A DNA stretch of 64,000 nt from contig JAKLHK010000012.1 of assembly GCA_022710185.1 (NCBI GenBank), forward strand, positions 19,245 through 83,244, in the 5' to 3' direction. Positions within the stretch are counted from its first letter, which is position 1, and every line of letters starts with the position of its first letter. Position numbers and translations under genes: made by a program. This stretch comes from Bacteroidota bacterium (GTDB taxonomy: Bacteria; Bacteroidota; Bacteroidia; Bacteroidales; JAGNHN01). Shown in pieces: positions 16,749 through 27,221 of this stretch. The notes beneath the pieces are model-generated. The model was given only the letters and a program-made list of their open reading frames with translations. It was not told the DNA's origin and made no database searches.

Positions 16749-17510
16749 GTGCACATAACATTCCTGGGAACGGGGACCTCACTTGGAGTGCCGGTGATCG
16801 GTTGCTCCTGCAGTGTATGCACCTCTCCTGACCCACGTGATCAACGCCTGCGGTCCTCTCTTCTTATACGGACTGAAGGAATCAGTCTGGTAGTTGATGC
16901 GGGCCCCGACTTCAGGCAACAGATGTTGCGTGAAAGGGTAGACCGCCTGGATGCTGTATTGCTTACGCATGGGCACAAAGACCATACCGGTGGACTGGAT
17001 GACATCCGGAGCTTTAATTTCCTGCAGCGGAGGTCAATGCCGGTATACGCGCGGGAGGAGGTGCTCCGTTCGGTCCGCCAGGAGTTCTCCTATGTTTTTC
17101 ATGAAGATCCCTATCCGGGGGTACCCCAGCTAACCCTGCACGCACTGACGGGGGCCCCCTTCCGGGTTGGCCCTTTGGAGGTGCAGCCCGTACCTGTTCT
17201 GCACGGGGAAATGCCCGTAATGGGTTTCCGCATCGGTGATTTCACGTATGTCACTGATGCCAACCATATCCCTGAGGAGAGCATGGCGTTGATCCGGGGA
17301 ACGAGGATACTGGTGCTCAATGCACTGCAGTTGAAAAAGCATTATTCCCATTTCTGTCTTGAAGAAGCCCTTGCGGTGATACAAGAGCTGGCACCTGAGC
17401 AGGCATACCTGACCCATGTGGGGCACCGCATGGGGATACACGAGGAGGTATGCCGTGGCCTACCCGACAACGTTAGCCTGGGTTGGGACGGACTGTCGTT
17501 TACGATCTGA
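16749..17510 (+). CDS. MBL-fold metallo-hydrolase (PhnP-like)
   Basis: 253 aa with a GTG start. FLGTGTSLGVPVIGCSC..C and the THGHKDHTGG (HxHxDH) motif. Confidence 0.85.
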   Translation: MHITFLGTGTSLGVPVIGCSCSVCTSPDPRDQRLRSSLLIRTEGISLVVDAGPDFRQQMLRERVDRLDAVLLTHGHKDHTGGLDDIRSFNFLQRRSMPVYAREEVLRSVRQEFSYVFHEDPYPGVPQLTLHALTGAPFRVGPLEVQPVPVLHGEMPVMGFRIGDFTYVTDANHIPEESMALIRGTRILVLNALQLKKHYSHFCLEEALAVIQELAPEQAYLTHVGHRMGIHEEVCRGLPDNVSLGWDGLSFTI

Positions 17511-19140
17511 GTTTACGGACGCGCTTCAGCTTCAGGCTGTTGATGGCATTGTTGCCCAATCCTTCCACCTCTTTCCGGGTAAATCGCAGTACTTCGTCGT
17601 AATACAACACGACGGCCGGGGCCTCGGCCATGGCCAGGCTGTCCATGCGATGATAGAGCTGGTGCCGGAGTTCCGGATTGGTCTCCTGCATGGCTTCCTG
17701 GTACAGTTCATCGAAGGCGGGGGAAGAGAAATGGAAATAGTTCGGTCCTTCAGGACAGTGATTTGCACTAAGGAAGAGCGACAGGTAATTCTCGGCATCG
17801 GGATAGTCCGCAATCCAGGAGCCCCTGAAAAAGGCCAGGCGGGCCTGGGCCTTGAGTTCTTTGAGGGCTGCCGGAGGGGTAACGTCGATACGGATCGTTA
17901 TACCATGCTGCTCCAGTTCATGCTGTATGAACTTGCATAGGTCGAGGTATTCAGCCGTAGTGGAGAGCACCACCGGGGGCAGACCTTTTCCTCCTGGATG
18001 GCCGGCTTCGGCCAGCAATGCCGCGGTCCGGTCGGGATCATAATCGTAGCCTATGGTACCGCTGGTATCCGCAGCGGGAAGCCCGGCCGGGATAAAGCCC
18101 CCCGTGCCCGGGATCCCAATGTTGTTCCTGAGATAGCGGATCATCTTTTTTCGGTCGAAGCCGTAATTGATCGCCTGGCGGATGCGCCGGTCGGTGATGC
18201 TCTGCTGACCCTTGGGGAGGTTGGCGGCGTTGAGCATGAACCCGAGGTATTCAGTATTGAGATAGGGTTGTGTGCTGAGGCGCACACGGTCGGCGTAGAC
18301 CGGATTCAGTTGCCCGTCGCGCGTCAGGAGCTCGTCCTGATAACTGGGGTCTATGCCTGACATGAAGTCCAGCTTGCCCTTGATGAACTCAAGGAAAGCC
18401 GCCTGTTTGTCGATGACGAAGGACACAGAGACCGCCTCGAGGTATGGAAGGCGGTTACCTTGCTCTGATTCGAAATACCAGGGGTTGCGGCGGAGTACCA
18501 GCTTGACGCCTTCCTTCCAGAACGCGATACGAAAGGGCCCTGTGCCTACGGGCCGCATCCGGAAGTCCTGGCCATGGGCTTCGACTGCTTCGGGCATGAC
18601 CACCGTGCAGTAGGGCATGGTGAGGATGCCCAGGAAGGGAGGAAAGGGCTGGCGAAGCCTGATCTCCAATACAGTATCATTGGGTGCAGTAAGGTCAAGG
18701 GAGCCATCCGGCCTGCGTTGCACTTCGTTGAACACCCAGGCCCCCGGAGAGGAAACGGCGGGGTCCACGATACGCCGGAAACTGAAGATAAAATCCTCAG
18801 CGCGCACTGTCCTGCCTCTCTCTCCGCTCAGGGAGGGATCATGATGGAAGACGACGTCCTTTCTCAGGAAAAAACGATAGAGGCGCCCGTCCTCCAGCAC
18901 CTCCCAATGGGTGGCGATGGAGGGGATGACCTGCATGTCATCGTCGAGTTCGACCAGGCCATTGAATATCTGGCTGACGGCCCAGATGTTGGACAAGTTG
19001 CGGGCGAAGGCGGGGTCCAGGGAGGAAATACCGGAGGGCTCATTGTACCGGAACACTTTTGCCGGGTCGGCCTGTCGCTCCGATCCGCATCCGGCCAGCA
19101 GCACGAACAGGGCCAGGGGTATGAGGCGTGCCCCGATCAT
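17500..19140 (-). CDS. ABC transporter substrate-binding lipoprotein, family 5 (peptide/nickel type), solitary
   Basis: 546 aa with lipobox LLAGCGSE and overall SBP_bac_5-like sequence. No permease or ATPase genes are adjacent. Confidence 0.82.
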   Translation of the reverse strand: MIGARLIPLALFVLLAGCGSERQADPAKVFRYNEPSGISSLDPAFARNLSNIWAVSQIFNGLVELDDDMQVIPSIATHWEVLEDGRLYRFFLRKDVVFHHDPSLSGERGRTVRAEDFIFSFRRIVDPAVSSPGAWVFNEVQRRPDGSLDLTAPNDTVLEIRLRQPFPPFLGILTMPYCTVVMPEAVEAHGQDFRMRPVGTGPFRIAFWKEGVKLVLRRNPWYFESEQGNRLPYLEAVSVSFVIDKQAAFLEFIKGKLDFMSGIDPSYQDELLTRDGQLNPVYADRVRLSTQPYLNTEYLGFMLNAANLPKGQQSITDRRIRQAINYGFDRKKMIRYLRNNIGIPGTGGFIPAGLPAADTSGTIGYDYDPDRTAALLAEAGHPGGKGLPPVVLSTTAEYLDLCKFIQHELEQHGITIRIDVTPPAALKELKAQARLAFFRGSWIADYPDAENYLSLFLSANHCPEGPNYFHFSSPAFDELYQEAMQETNPELRHQLYHRMDSLAMAEAPAVVLYYDEVLRFTRKEVEGLGNNAINSLKLKRVRKLRS

Positions 19141-19715
19141 ATCTGCCGTTGTCCGAGGCGGCGCACTTTTTCGATCCAGCGCCTGCGCCGCTCCTCACTG
19201 GATACTTTCAGCGGACCGATGGTAGTGAAACGCACCGGATGGAAGCCGCAGAAGCCGAGGATTCCCTTACCCATAGCATGGTGCCCGGGGCTGCGCAGCA
19301 CCCAGCGGTAATACCAGGGCGGGGTGTCCATGGTGACGATAACCCTGGCGGAGCGTCCTTTGAGCCGCTTCTCCCAGTTGAGGACACCTTTATTGTATTT
19401 GAATGCAAAGCCCGGGAGCAGGGTGCGGTCGATGAAACCCTTCATGAGCGCCGGGAAGGTGGACCACCAGTTCGGATAGATCAATACCAGGTGGTCGGCC
19501 TCGCGTATACTTTCCTGAGCCATTTTCAGGTCGGGTTCCAGCTCCTGGTGCCCGCGGTACCCGGAGCTGAAGTTCAGGTCGAAACGGAGGTCGCGCAGCC
19601 GGATGATCTCCACGCGGGCGCCGGTGGATTCCGCGGCATCTGTATAGGCTTCGAGCAGAGAGTTTGAAAAAGTATCGGCCACCGGGTGGCCCAGGATCAC
19701 CAGGATGTTTTTCAT
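19137..19715 (-). CDS. NAD(P)H dehydrogenase (quinone), flavodoxin-like fold
   Basis: The internal start MKNILVILGHP at 19715 removes overlap with lon. ..ADHLVLIYPNWWSTFPALMKGFIDR.. is typical of the Flavodoxin_2 family. It has a 4-nt overlap with the downstream SBP gene. Confidence 0.8.
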   Translation of the reverse strand: MKNILVILGHPVADTFSNSLLEAYTDAAESTGARVEIIRLRDLRFDLNFSSGYRGHQELEPDLKMAQESIREADHLVLIYPNWWSTFPALMKGFIDRTLLPGFAFKYNKGVLNWEKRLKGRSARVIVTMDTPPWYYRWVLRSPGHHAMGKGILGFCGFHPVRFTTIGPLKVSSEERRRRWIEKVRRLGQRQI

Positions 19716-19716
19716 T

Positions 19717-22209
19717 TCATTCAGTCTTTCCCTTCTGACTGGCCCTGACAGGAGCCAGAAGGTCAACGGGCTGGTCCACCTTGTCGTCCAGAAGTCCGGT
19801 AGCCAGCACGTCCATCATTTCGACCGCATAATGGAAGCTAAGGCCCTGGAGGTATTCAGCCTTGATATCGATCAGGTCTTTACGGTTTTCTGCCGGAAGG
19901 ATGACCTCTTTCATCCCGGCCCGGCGGGCAGCCAGGAGCTTCTCCTTGATGCCCCCAACCGGCAGTACCTTTCCCCTCAGGGTGATCTCTCCGGTCATGG
20001 CCAGGCGGGACTTCACCTTCCGCTGGGTAAAGGCCGAGACCAGGGCGGTAAGCATGGTCACCCCGGCCGAGGGGCCGTCCTTGGGGGTGGCGCCTTCCGG
20101 AACGTGGATATGCACATTCCAGTGTTCAAAGATGCGGGGATCGAGCCTGAGGTCCTGGGAATGCGCGCGGATGAACTCAAAGGCGATGGCGGCGCTTTCC
20201 TTCATCACCTCGCCCAGGTTGCCGGTAATGGTAAGGTTGCCCTTGCCGGGGCTGAGGCTGACCTCTATGAAAAGGATCTCCCCTCCTACCTGCGTCCATG
20301 CCAGACCTGTGGCCACGCCCGCGATGCGGTTGGTAAAGGTCATCTCTTTCTTGAAGATGGGCGCACCGAGCATGCCCTGTAACTCTCCGATGTCCACCTT
20401 CTTTTCGTACGGCCGGTCCATGGCGATGTCGCGGGCCTTGCTGCGGATGACCTTGGCAACGGTCTTTTCCAGCTGCCGAACCCCTGATTCGCGGGTATAA
20501 TCATCCACCAGCTGCTCGATCACCTTGCGGGAGAAGCTGATCTGGGATTTCCTGACCCCGTTTTCAGTCAGTTGACGGGGAATGAGATGACGGCGGGCGA
20601 TTTCAACCTTTTCTTCAAGAAGGTAACCTGAGATATCGATCACTTCCATGCGGTCGCGCAAGGCCGGGTGCACATTCATCAGGCTATTGGCCGTGGCGAT
20701 GAACATGATGTTCGAAAGGTCGAACTCCACTTCGAGGAAATTGTCGTAAAACGACACATTCTGTTCGGGGTCAAGCACTTCCAGCAAAGCAGCCGAAGGG
20801 TCCCCGCTCACGTTGTTCCCGCTGACCTTATCGATCTCGTCGAGTACAAAAACGGGGTTGGCCGATCGGGCCTTGCGCAGGCTCTGAATAATGCGACCGG
20901 GCATGGCCCCGATGTAAGTTTTACGGTGCCCCCTGATCTCCGCTTCATCGCGCAGGCCTCCGAGGCTCATGCGCACATAGCGCCTGCCCAGCGCACTGGC
21001 GATGGATTTGCCCAGTGAGGTCTTGCCTACTCCCGGAGGGCCGACAAGGCATACAATGGGGGACCTCAGGTTGTTCCTCAGCTTGAGGACGGCAAGGTGC
21101 TCAATGATCCTTTCCTTAACCTTTTCAAGTCCGAAATGATCGTTATCGAGGATCTTCTGGGCCCGGTCCAGGTCGAAATTATCCGTAGTGTACTCCCCCC
21201 AGGGCAAGTCCACCAACACCTCCAGGTAGTTGGTCTGAACGGAGTATTCGGCTGCGGCGGGATTCATCCGCTGCAATTTACCCAGCTCCCTTTCAAAGGT
21301 CTCCTTTACGTCCTTGTTCCATTTTTTCAGGGAGGCTTTTTTCTTCAGCTCCTCAATCTCCTGTTCCATGGGATTGCCCCCCAGCTCTTCCTGTATGGTC
21401 TTGAGCTGCTGGTTCAGGAAATAGTCGCGCTGCTGCTTGTCGATATCATTCTTTACCTTGCTCTGGATCTGATTACGGATTTCGAGCATCTGCAATTCGC
21501 GGGTGAGGAAGCCAAGCACCAGGCGTGCCCGCTCATGCAGGTCGGAAAGCTCGAGCAGGTGCTGTTTCTCTTCTATTGCATTATTCAGGTTGGAAGAGAT
21601 GAAGTTAACCAGAAAGGCCGGGCTTTCGATGTTCTTTATAGCGAAAGAGGCGTCGGAAGGGATGTTGGGCGACAGCCGGATGATTTCCAGCGACAGTTCC
21701 TTCAGGCTCTGGAAAAGGGCCTCGGCTTCCCTTCCGGCATGGGCCACGTTATCCACGTCGGAGAAGGCCTGGACCTGAGCCAGCATATAGGGCTGTTCCT
21801 GGATGACCTGCCTGAGGTTGAAGCGGCGCTTCCCCTGGATGATGGCCGTAGTGTTGCCGTCGGGCATCTGCAGCAGCTTGATGATATGTGCCACCGTGCC
21901 GATGGAGTGAAGGTCGGCGGGCCCGGGATCCTCAATGTTGGGGTCCTGCTGGGCCACAACACCGATGATACGGTCTGCGGCATAGGAGTCGCGGATCAGG
22001 CGGATGGACTTGTCCCGTCCGACAGTGATGGGGATTACCACCCCGGGAAACAATACGGTATTGCGCAGGGGAAGGATGGGCAGCCGGTCCGGCACCTCCT
22101 CCTCGTGCATCTGTTTTTCTTCTTCGGTTGACATCAGCGGGATAAACTCCGTGTCTCCGCTGAGGATCTCGGACAAACCGATGATACCTGATTCCAAATG
22201 ATCTTCCAT
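19717..22209 (-). CDS. lon: ATP-dependent Lon protease (endopeptidase La)
   Basis: LON N-domain ([19 protein letters not shown]), Walker [10 protein letters not shown], and protease Ser context [11 protein letters not shown]. The start is set at MEDHLE (22209) because the ORF's extra 36 codons overlap the upstream gene. Confidence 0.93.
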   Translation of the reverse strand: MEDHLESGIIGLSEILSGDTEFIPLMSTEEEKQMHEEEVPDRLPILPLRNTVLFPGVVIPITVGRDKSIRLIRDSYAADRIIGVVAQQDPNIEDPGPADLHSIGTVAHIIKLLQMPDGNTTAIIQGKRRFNLRQVIQEQPYMLAQVQAFSDVDNVAHAGREAEALFQSLKELSLEIIRLSPNIPSDASFAIKNIESPAFLVNFISSNLNNAIEEKQHLLELSDLHERARLVLGFLTRELQMLEIRNQIQSKVKNDIDKQQRDYFLNQQLKTIQEELGGNPMEQEIEELKKKASLKKWNKDVKETFERELGKLQRMNPAAAEYSVQTNYLEVLVDLPWGEYTTDNFDLDRAQKILDNDHFGLEKVKERIIEHLAVLKLRNNLRSPIVCLVGPPGVGKTSLGKSIASALGRRYVRMSLGGLRDEAEIRGHRKTYIGAMPGRIIQSLRKARSANPVFVLDEIDKVSGNNVSGDPSAALLEVLDPEQNVSFYDNFLEVEFDLSNIMFIATANSLMNVHPALRDRMEVIDISGYLLEEKVEIARRHLIPRQLTENGVRKSQISFSRKVIEQLVDDYTRESGVRQLEKTVAKVIRSKARDIAMDRPYEKKVDIGELQGMLGAPIFKKEMTFTNRIAGVATGLAWTQVGGEILFIEVSLSPGKGNLTITGNLGEVMKESAAIAFEFIRAHSQDLRLDPRIFEHWNVHIHVPEGATPKDGPSAGVTMLTALVSAFTQRKVKSRLAMTGEITLRGKVLPVGGIKEKLLAARRAGMKEVILPAENRKDLIDIKAEYLQGLSFHYAVEMMDVLATGLLDDKVDQPVDLLAPVRASQKGKTE

Positions 22210-22249
22210 ATCTTCCCTTAACCCTTCAATCCGGGATTTGTTTCCGGCG

Positions 22250-23440
22250 CTATTTCCGGAACATCCGCATCCCCTGCTCATGCAGGAAGGCGAATATTCT
22301 CCGGTCCCCTTCATCAAACATCATGCCCCTGCGCTCCATGACGGCTGAGGCCACCTGCATGGATTTATTCAGATCGTAGGGCTGGAATCCCTGCGGTCCT
22401 CCCCAGCTGAAGCAGGGGATGAAATTCCGGTGGAAGCCTGAGCCGAAGAGGTTGCAGGACACCCCTACCACGGTCCCGGTATTGAACATGGTATTGATCC
22501 CGCACTTGGAATGGTCCCCCATGATCAATCCGCAGAACTGCAGGCCACTGCTGATGAAGGCTTCCTTACGGTAGCTCCACATTTTCACTGTATCGTAGGT
22601 GTTCTTCAGGTTGGAGTTGTTGGAATCCGCACCGATGTTGCACCATTCCCCGATGACAGCATTTCCCAGGAAGCCGTCGTGGGCTTTGTTGGAGTAACCG
22701 AGGATTAACACGTTGTTCAGTTCTCCTCCTACCTTGCTGTGCGGGCCTATGGTGGTGGGGCCATATATCTTCGCCCCCATCTTCAGGGTGGAGCCTTCGC
22801 CCAGGGCAAAAGGTCCCCGGATCATACAACCCTCCATCACTTCTGCTTCAGGGCCAATGTATACGGGCCCGTCGTGTGTGTTGAAGGTCGAGGCAGAAAC
22901 GCGGGCCCCTTCTTCGATAAAGACAGGATAAGGACCCAGATGTAGGCAATGATCGGGTAGTTTCATCCCGTTCCGCTCTCGGGTAAGGAGCTCAAAATCG
23001 CGCATGAGCTCACTGCCATTTAGCCTGAACAAGTCCCATGGATAGCGGATCAAGACGGGCGTCCCAGGATAGGTAATCTGACGGGCGTCTTTTGCACTAA
23101 GCTCTGGCTCCTGAGGGAGATCAGGGCCGTACTGCCGGGCGATAACGCGGTCATCCCACACCAGGGCCTCACCTGGAAGCAATTCAGCGCAGGCAATGGC
23201 CAGCGTTTCATCGGGGCAGAAAGCACCGTTAATCAGGAGGTTGGACTCTCCCTGGAGCGTCGGGTACCTGAGGCTGAGGTATTCCGGCACCAGGGAGGAG
23301 GAGCCTGTTCCGAGGCGCATTTCCCATTTCCTGCGCAGGGTGAGGATGCCTACCCGCAAATCGGCGATGGGGCGGGTGAGGGCCAGGGGAAACAGGTCGA
23401 CCCTGTTGGCGTCATCGGCAAAGACCAGGTTGATTGCCAT
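22250..23440 (-). CDS. GlmU-related sugar nucleotidyltransferase/acetyltransferase family protein (left-handed beta-helix)
   Basis: 396 aa with hexapeptide-repeat segments (..GPEAEVMEGCMIRGPFALGEGSTLKMGAKIYGPTTIGPHSKVGGEL..), as in the Bacteroidota alternative GlmU family. Confidence 0.78.
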   Translation of the reverse strand: MAINLVFADDANRVDLFPLALTRPIADLRVGILTLRRKWEMRLGTGSSSLVPEYLSLRYPTLQGESNLLINGAFCPDETLAIACAELLPGEALVWDDRVIARQYGPDLPQEPELSAKDARQITYPGTPVLIRYPWDLFRLNGSELMRDFELLTRERNGMKLPDHCLHLGPYPVFIEEGARVSASTFNTHDGPVYIGPEAEVMEGCMIRGPFALGEGSTLKMGAKIYGPTTIGPHSKVGGELNNVLILGYSNKAHDGFLGNAVIGEWCNIGADSNNSNLKNTYDTVKMWSYRKEAFISSGLQFCGLIMGDHSKCGINTMFNTGTVVGVSCNLFGSGFHRNFIPCFSWGGPQGFQPYDLNKSMQVASAVMERRGMMFDEGDRRIFAFLHEQGMRMFRK

Positions 23441-23475
23441 GGTATGGGGGTTAAGTGCCGGAGCGTTCCGCGCAT

Positions 23476-23504
23476 AACAAAAAAAGTCCTCAGCGAGGAC
23501 TTTT
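23476..23504 (-). terminator. Intrinsic terminator after rpmE2
   Basis: Perfect 9-bp stem AAAGTCCTC/GAGGACTTT (23483-23503). On the minus strand it is followed by a U-run (A-run at 23477-23485). Confidence 0.6.
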
Positions 23505-23527
23505 CCAAATGATATATGAGGCCGGGA

Positions 23528-23797
23528 CTATTTCTTGTCCTTGCCTTCGTAATGCTTCTGATAGCGGCTCTTGAACTTGTCGACGCGACCGGCGGTATCC
23601 ACCAGCTTCATCTTTCCTGTAAAGAAAGGATGGGAGGTGTTGGAGATCTCCAGCTTTACCAGGGGATAATCTTTCCCGTCTTCCCATTTGACGGTTTCCT
23701 TGCTGCGGACGGTAGATTTGGTAAGGAAGGTGTACCCGTTCGACATGTCCTGGAAAACCACCAGTCTGTACTCCTTCGGATGAATGTCTTTCTTCAT
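23528..23797 (-). CDS. rpmE2: 50S ribosomal protein L31, type B
   Basis: 89 aa, [24 protein letters not shown].., lacking the CxxC zinc motif. Confidence 0.9.
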   Translation of the reverse strand: MKKDIHPKEYRLVVFQDMSNGYTFLTKSTVRSKETVKWEDGKDYPLVKLEISNTSHPFFTGKMKLVDTAGRVDKFKSRYQKHYEGKDKK

Positions 23798-23872
23798 TTT
23801 TCTAACCCTCTGATTTCAGGTCGGCAAAGGTAGATCATTTTCCAGAGCTATGCAAAGCCTGGAGCAAATTTA

Positions 23873-24892
23873 TTAACCGGCGGCGGTTGACAGGATAAGG
23901 TCGCGCAATTTCAGTATCCGAAGGGCCCAGGGATGAAGGCTCGGGAAGACCCGACGGACGGTAGGTGGTAGGCCGTCCTCCTCATGACATGCGATGACCT
24001 CATGCACGTTTTCCAAATTTAAATCTTTCATTATCTGCCACATGCGGGGTTGGGACTTAAGCTGGTAATGCACGGTACCGCCCAGGGGGGCCATCCCCTC
24101 CCCTTTCACGAAGCAGGCCCAGCCGTTGTCGAGAAAGGGAAGACCATTGATCAGGCGGATCGATTTGCGGTAGTCGTAGTTATTCATCCAGTGGGTGCGG
24201 TTAAGGGCCTGATTGTCGTTGTCCCTGTATGAAAGCCATTGCTTGAGCTCAGTTTCAGACGGAACGATCACCATGCCGGCTGACTCCGGGGCCTGGCCAT
24301 GGAAGGCATGAATCCGTTGCAACAGCATGTTGGCAGTATGGTCTGTCAGCAACCCCCCGGACAGAAGCAAGGTGCGCGAGGGGGGCCAGGAGAGTACCCC
24401 GCGCTGCCCGAAATAGCCACCCCTGGCAGGGGAACTCTCCGCATGCCGGTCCATGACCATTAGCTGTGCATCGGGGACAGGGCCTTGTCTTACTTCCATA
24501 CTGACGCCCCCGGGCAGCGCAGAGGCCAGCAGATGAAGGAGGTCCGGCGCCTGATCAAACTGGCGGATGAGTGCGGTCGCCCCTGTAATCCAACAGGCCA
24601 TGACCACATCGAAGCCCTCGTGGGTGTAGGTTCCACGGTGCAGGCCGGCCACCCTGGTCCCCGTCGTCGCAGCGGGAGCCATTGTTGTTTCAGTCAACAC
24701 CCTGCCCAGGTCCATGAGGGCTTCGGCCATGATGCCCAGGGAAGCGTTGCGGTCGGCGACCAAGGGGTCTTCCAGTTGCCACGGATCCTTATTCTGACCG
24801 GACATAGCCTGCAGGGCCTCTGCACAGGCCGTCAACATTTTGGTGCGATCCTTTCCCCCGGAAACCACTTTGGTTATCTTTGATCGCGGCAA
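23873..24892 (-). CDS. Hypothetical protein (no recognisable domain, no signal peptide)
   Basis: 339-aa ORF with native GC content. The start is ambiguous (MPRSK.. or MLTACAE..). Confidence 0.5.
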   Translation of the reverse strand: MPRSKITKVVSGGKDRTKMLTACAEALQAMSGQNKDPWQLEDPLVADRNASLGIMAEALMDLGRVLTETTMAPAATTGTRVAGLHRGTYTHEGFDVVMACWITGATALIRQFDQAPDLLHLLASALPGGVSMEVRQGPVPDAQLMVMDRHAESSPARGGYFGQRGVLSWPPSRTLLLSGGLLTDHTANMLLQRIHAFHGQAPESAGMVIVPSETELKQWLSYRDNDNQALNRTHWMNNYDYRKSIRLINGLPFLDNGWACFVKGEGMAPLGGTVHYQLKSQPRMWQIMKDLNLENVHEVIACHEEDGLPPTVRRVFPSLHPWALRILKLRDLILSTAAG

Positions 24893-24981
24893 AGATACGC
24901 GGCGGTTGCAGGACGCTGCCCCCGGAGTAAAAATAAGTCAACGCGGACCTTCGTTACCCCGCCCGGAAAACCATCCGACCG

Positions 24982-25995
24982 ATGATGCGAATAGCCCCAA
25001 TTCTGTTCACAGCCCTGACCCGATATGTCCGCAAGTCGTACATCCAATTTCAGTTTCAGTTAAACCACTTCCTCTCCCTCTTCCTCTTCCTCTTCCTGCA
25101 AACTGCTTATGCCCAGGACCTGCCCCAGCTGGAAGACAGCCTTGTGGCCCTGCATGCCAGGGTGTTGGGCGCATCAACCGAACCAGAGCGTCTGCAGGCC
25201 AATGAAGCCTTCAGCGACCTCCTGGACCAGGCCCTCGCCCTCGATCGTAAGCTGCGTTACCCCTTTGATTCCCTGAAGACCGTGAGCATCCTGCTTCCGG
25301 AAAACCGTTCCTTCCGCCTGCTGAGCTGGTATGTGCGTCACCAGAACGGAGAGTACACCTATTATGGAGTGATCCAGTCGTGGAACGAGCGGAGTGGACG
25401 GCACGAGGCTTTCTGGCTCAACGACCAGAGTCCAACCATATCCCGGCCGGAGGAAACCCAGCTCGATGCAGAGCATTGGTATGGGGCATTGTATTATGAC
25501 CTGATTGAGCAGGGCAAAGGCGACCGAAAATATTACACCCTGCTGGGCTGGGACGGGAACAGCCCGCAGATGAAGCGGAGACTGATCGAGATCCTGACAT
25601 TTCGTCAGAACGGAGCGCCGGTGTTTGGATATCCCCTGTTCAGGAATTACAACCGCAAGGCCCGCAGGATGATCTTTGAGCATTCGGCCCGGTCTACGAT
25701 GACGCTTAGGTACGACTACCAGGGGTTCAAGGAAAAGGAAAGGAACCCGAAAACACGAAAAGTCAAAGTGAAGGAAGTGCAGGAGGACATGATCGTGTTC
25801 GACCGCTTGGTGCCCCTGGAGCCCTTGCTGGAGGGGCAGCATGCTTTCTACGTTCCGGAGAGCAACGTATATGACGCGCTGGTATGGCGGAACGGCCATT
25901 GGGAGCTTCTCCGGGACATCGATGCACGCAACCCTGCACCCTCCGGAAGGAAGTCGCCTCCGCGGCCGGTGCAGCAGGGGCTAATACAAAGATAA
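24982..25995 (+). CDS. Hypothetical secreted protein
   Basis: 337 aa with a hydrophobic signal-like segment HFLSLFLFLFLQTAYAQ and a basic C-terminal region. Family not recognised. Confidence 0.6.
   Translation: MMRIAPILFTALTRYVRKSYIQFQFQLNHFLSLFLFLFLQTAYAQDLPQLEDSLVALHARVLGASTEPERLQANEAFSDLLDQALALDRKLRYPFDSLKTVSILLPENRSFRLLSWYVRHQNGEYTYYGVIQSWNERSGRHEAFWLNDQSPTISRPEETQLDAEHWYGALYYDLIEQGKGDRKYYTLLGWDGNSPQMKRRLIEILTFRQNGAPVFGYPLFRNYNRKARRMIFEHSARSTMTLRYDYQGFKEKERNPKTRKVKVKEVQEDMIVFDRLVPLEPLLEGQHAFYVPESNVYDALVWRNGHWELLRDIDARNPAPSGRKSPPRPVQQGLIQR
25071..25097 (+). repeat. Hexanucleotide CT-rich microsatellite (CCTCTT x3 plus one imperfect unit) inside the signal-peptide coding region
   Basis: cctctc cctctt cctctt cctctt cct encodes LSLFLFLFL. 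It is preceded by cagtttcagtt (QFQFQ). Confidence 0.7.
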
Positions 25996-26058
25996 AGTAC
26001 TTATTGTCAACTATATAACAACAGAAATGCCCTATAATTGCCGAATGGGCAATTTACT

Positions 26059-26066
26059 TACCTTTG
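26059..26066 (+). promoter_or_regulatory. -7 promoter motif TAccTTTG upstream of serC
   Basis: Match to TAnnTTTG. ATTG lies 19 bp upstream as a possible -33 element. The ATG is 59 nt downstream. Confidence 0.4.
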
Positions 26067-26124
26067 CCTGTGCGTAATCGTTGTTCACGCAATAACAAAA
26101 GAGCACTTTTAAAACCATCTCGTC

Positions 26125-27198
26125 ATGAGAAAGCACATTTTCAATGCAGGACCCTGCGTCCTGCCGCAGCAGGCCCTGGAGGCCACTGCCAAGGCTGTTG
26201 TGGATTTCAACGGTTCCGGTCAGTCCATCATGGAGGTCTCGCACCGGGGCAAGGAGTTTCAGGGGGTGATGGATGAGACCGTTGCCCTGATGAAGGAGCT
26301 GCTTAAAATCCCGGAAGGGTATTCCGTGCTCTTCCTCGGAGGAGGGGCCAGCACCCAGTTCCTGATGGTACCGTTCAACCTGTTCAACCGCAAGGCCGCC
26401 TACCTGAACACCGGCGTCTGGGCCAAGAAGGCCATCAAGGAAGCCAAGAGCTTCGGTGAAGTAGTAGTGGTGGCCAGTTCCGAGGACAGGAACTTCAACT
26501 ACATCCCCAAGGATTTCGTCGTTCCGGCCGATGCCGATTATTTTCATATCACTACGAACAACACCATTTATGGTACAGAGCTCCGCAAGGATATTGACAG
26601 CCCTGTGCCCCTGGTGGCCGATATGTCGTCGGACATCATGAGTCGTCCGGTGGATGTGGCCAAATACGCCATGATTTATGGCGGTGCCCAGAAAAACCTG
26701 GGGCCGGCCGGGGTGACCTTTGTGATTATACGCGATGACATTCTGGGCAAGGTTGAGCGCAGCATCCCCACAATGATGAACTACAATACCCATATCGCTG
26801 AAGGATCCATGTTCAATACCCCTCCCTGCATCAACATCTTCGTTGTGCGCGAAGTACTGAAGTGGGTGAAGGCTGAAGGCGGAGTGGTGGAGATGGAGCG
26901 CAGGGCTATTGCCAAGGCCGACATGCTATACAAGGCCATGGAGGAGAGCAGCATGTTCGTGCCCACGGTTCCGGAGCCGGGCGACCGTTCCCTGATGAAT
27001 ATCACCTTTGTGATGACCGAGGCATACAAGGATAAGGAAGCCTTGTTCATCGACTTCGCCAAGGAAAGAGGATGCGTTGGGCTCAAGGGCCACCGCAGCG
27101 TAGGCGGTTTCCGTGCATCGTGCTACAACGCCCTGGATATTTCGAGCGTGGCCGTGCTGGTGCAGGCCATGAAAGACTTTGAAGCCATCCATGCCTGA
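26125..27198 (+). CDS. serC: 3-phosphoserine/phosphohydroxythreonine aminotransferase
   Basis: 357 aa: [30 protein letters not shown].. Confidence 0.93.
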   Translation: MRKHIFNAGPCVLPQQALEATAKAVVDFNGSGQSIMEVSHRGKEFQGVMDETVALMKELLKIPEGYSVLFLGGGASTQFLMVPFNLFNRKAAYLNTGVWAKKAIKEAKSFGEVVVVASSEDRNFNYIPKDFVVPADADYFHITTNNTIYGTELRKDIDSPVPLVADMSSDIMSRPVDVAKYAMIYGGAQKNLGPAGVTFVIIRDDILGKVERSIPTMMNYNTHIAEGSMFNTPPCINIFVVREVLKWVKAEGGVVEMERRAIAKADMLYKAMEESSMFVPTVPEPGDRSLMNITFVMTEAYKDKEALFIDFAKERGCVGLKGHRSVGGFRASCYNALDISSVAVLVQAMKDFEAIHA

Positions 27199-27221
27199 GT
27201 GGAATCCAAGCCCATACTGCC

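Noticed and set aside
25071-25097. CT-rich hexamer repeat as a phase-variation switch
   Set aside because: It has only three perfect units, and the unit length is a multiple of three, so slippage cannot switch the frame on or off. It is noted only as a possible length polymorphism.
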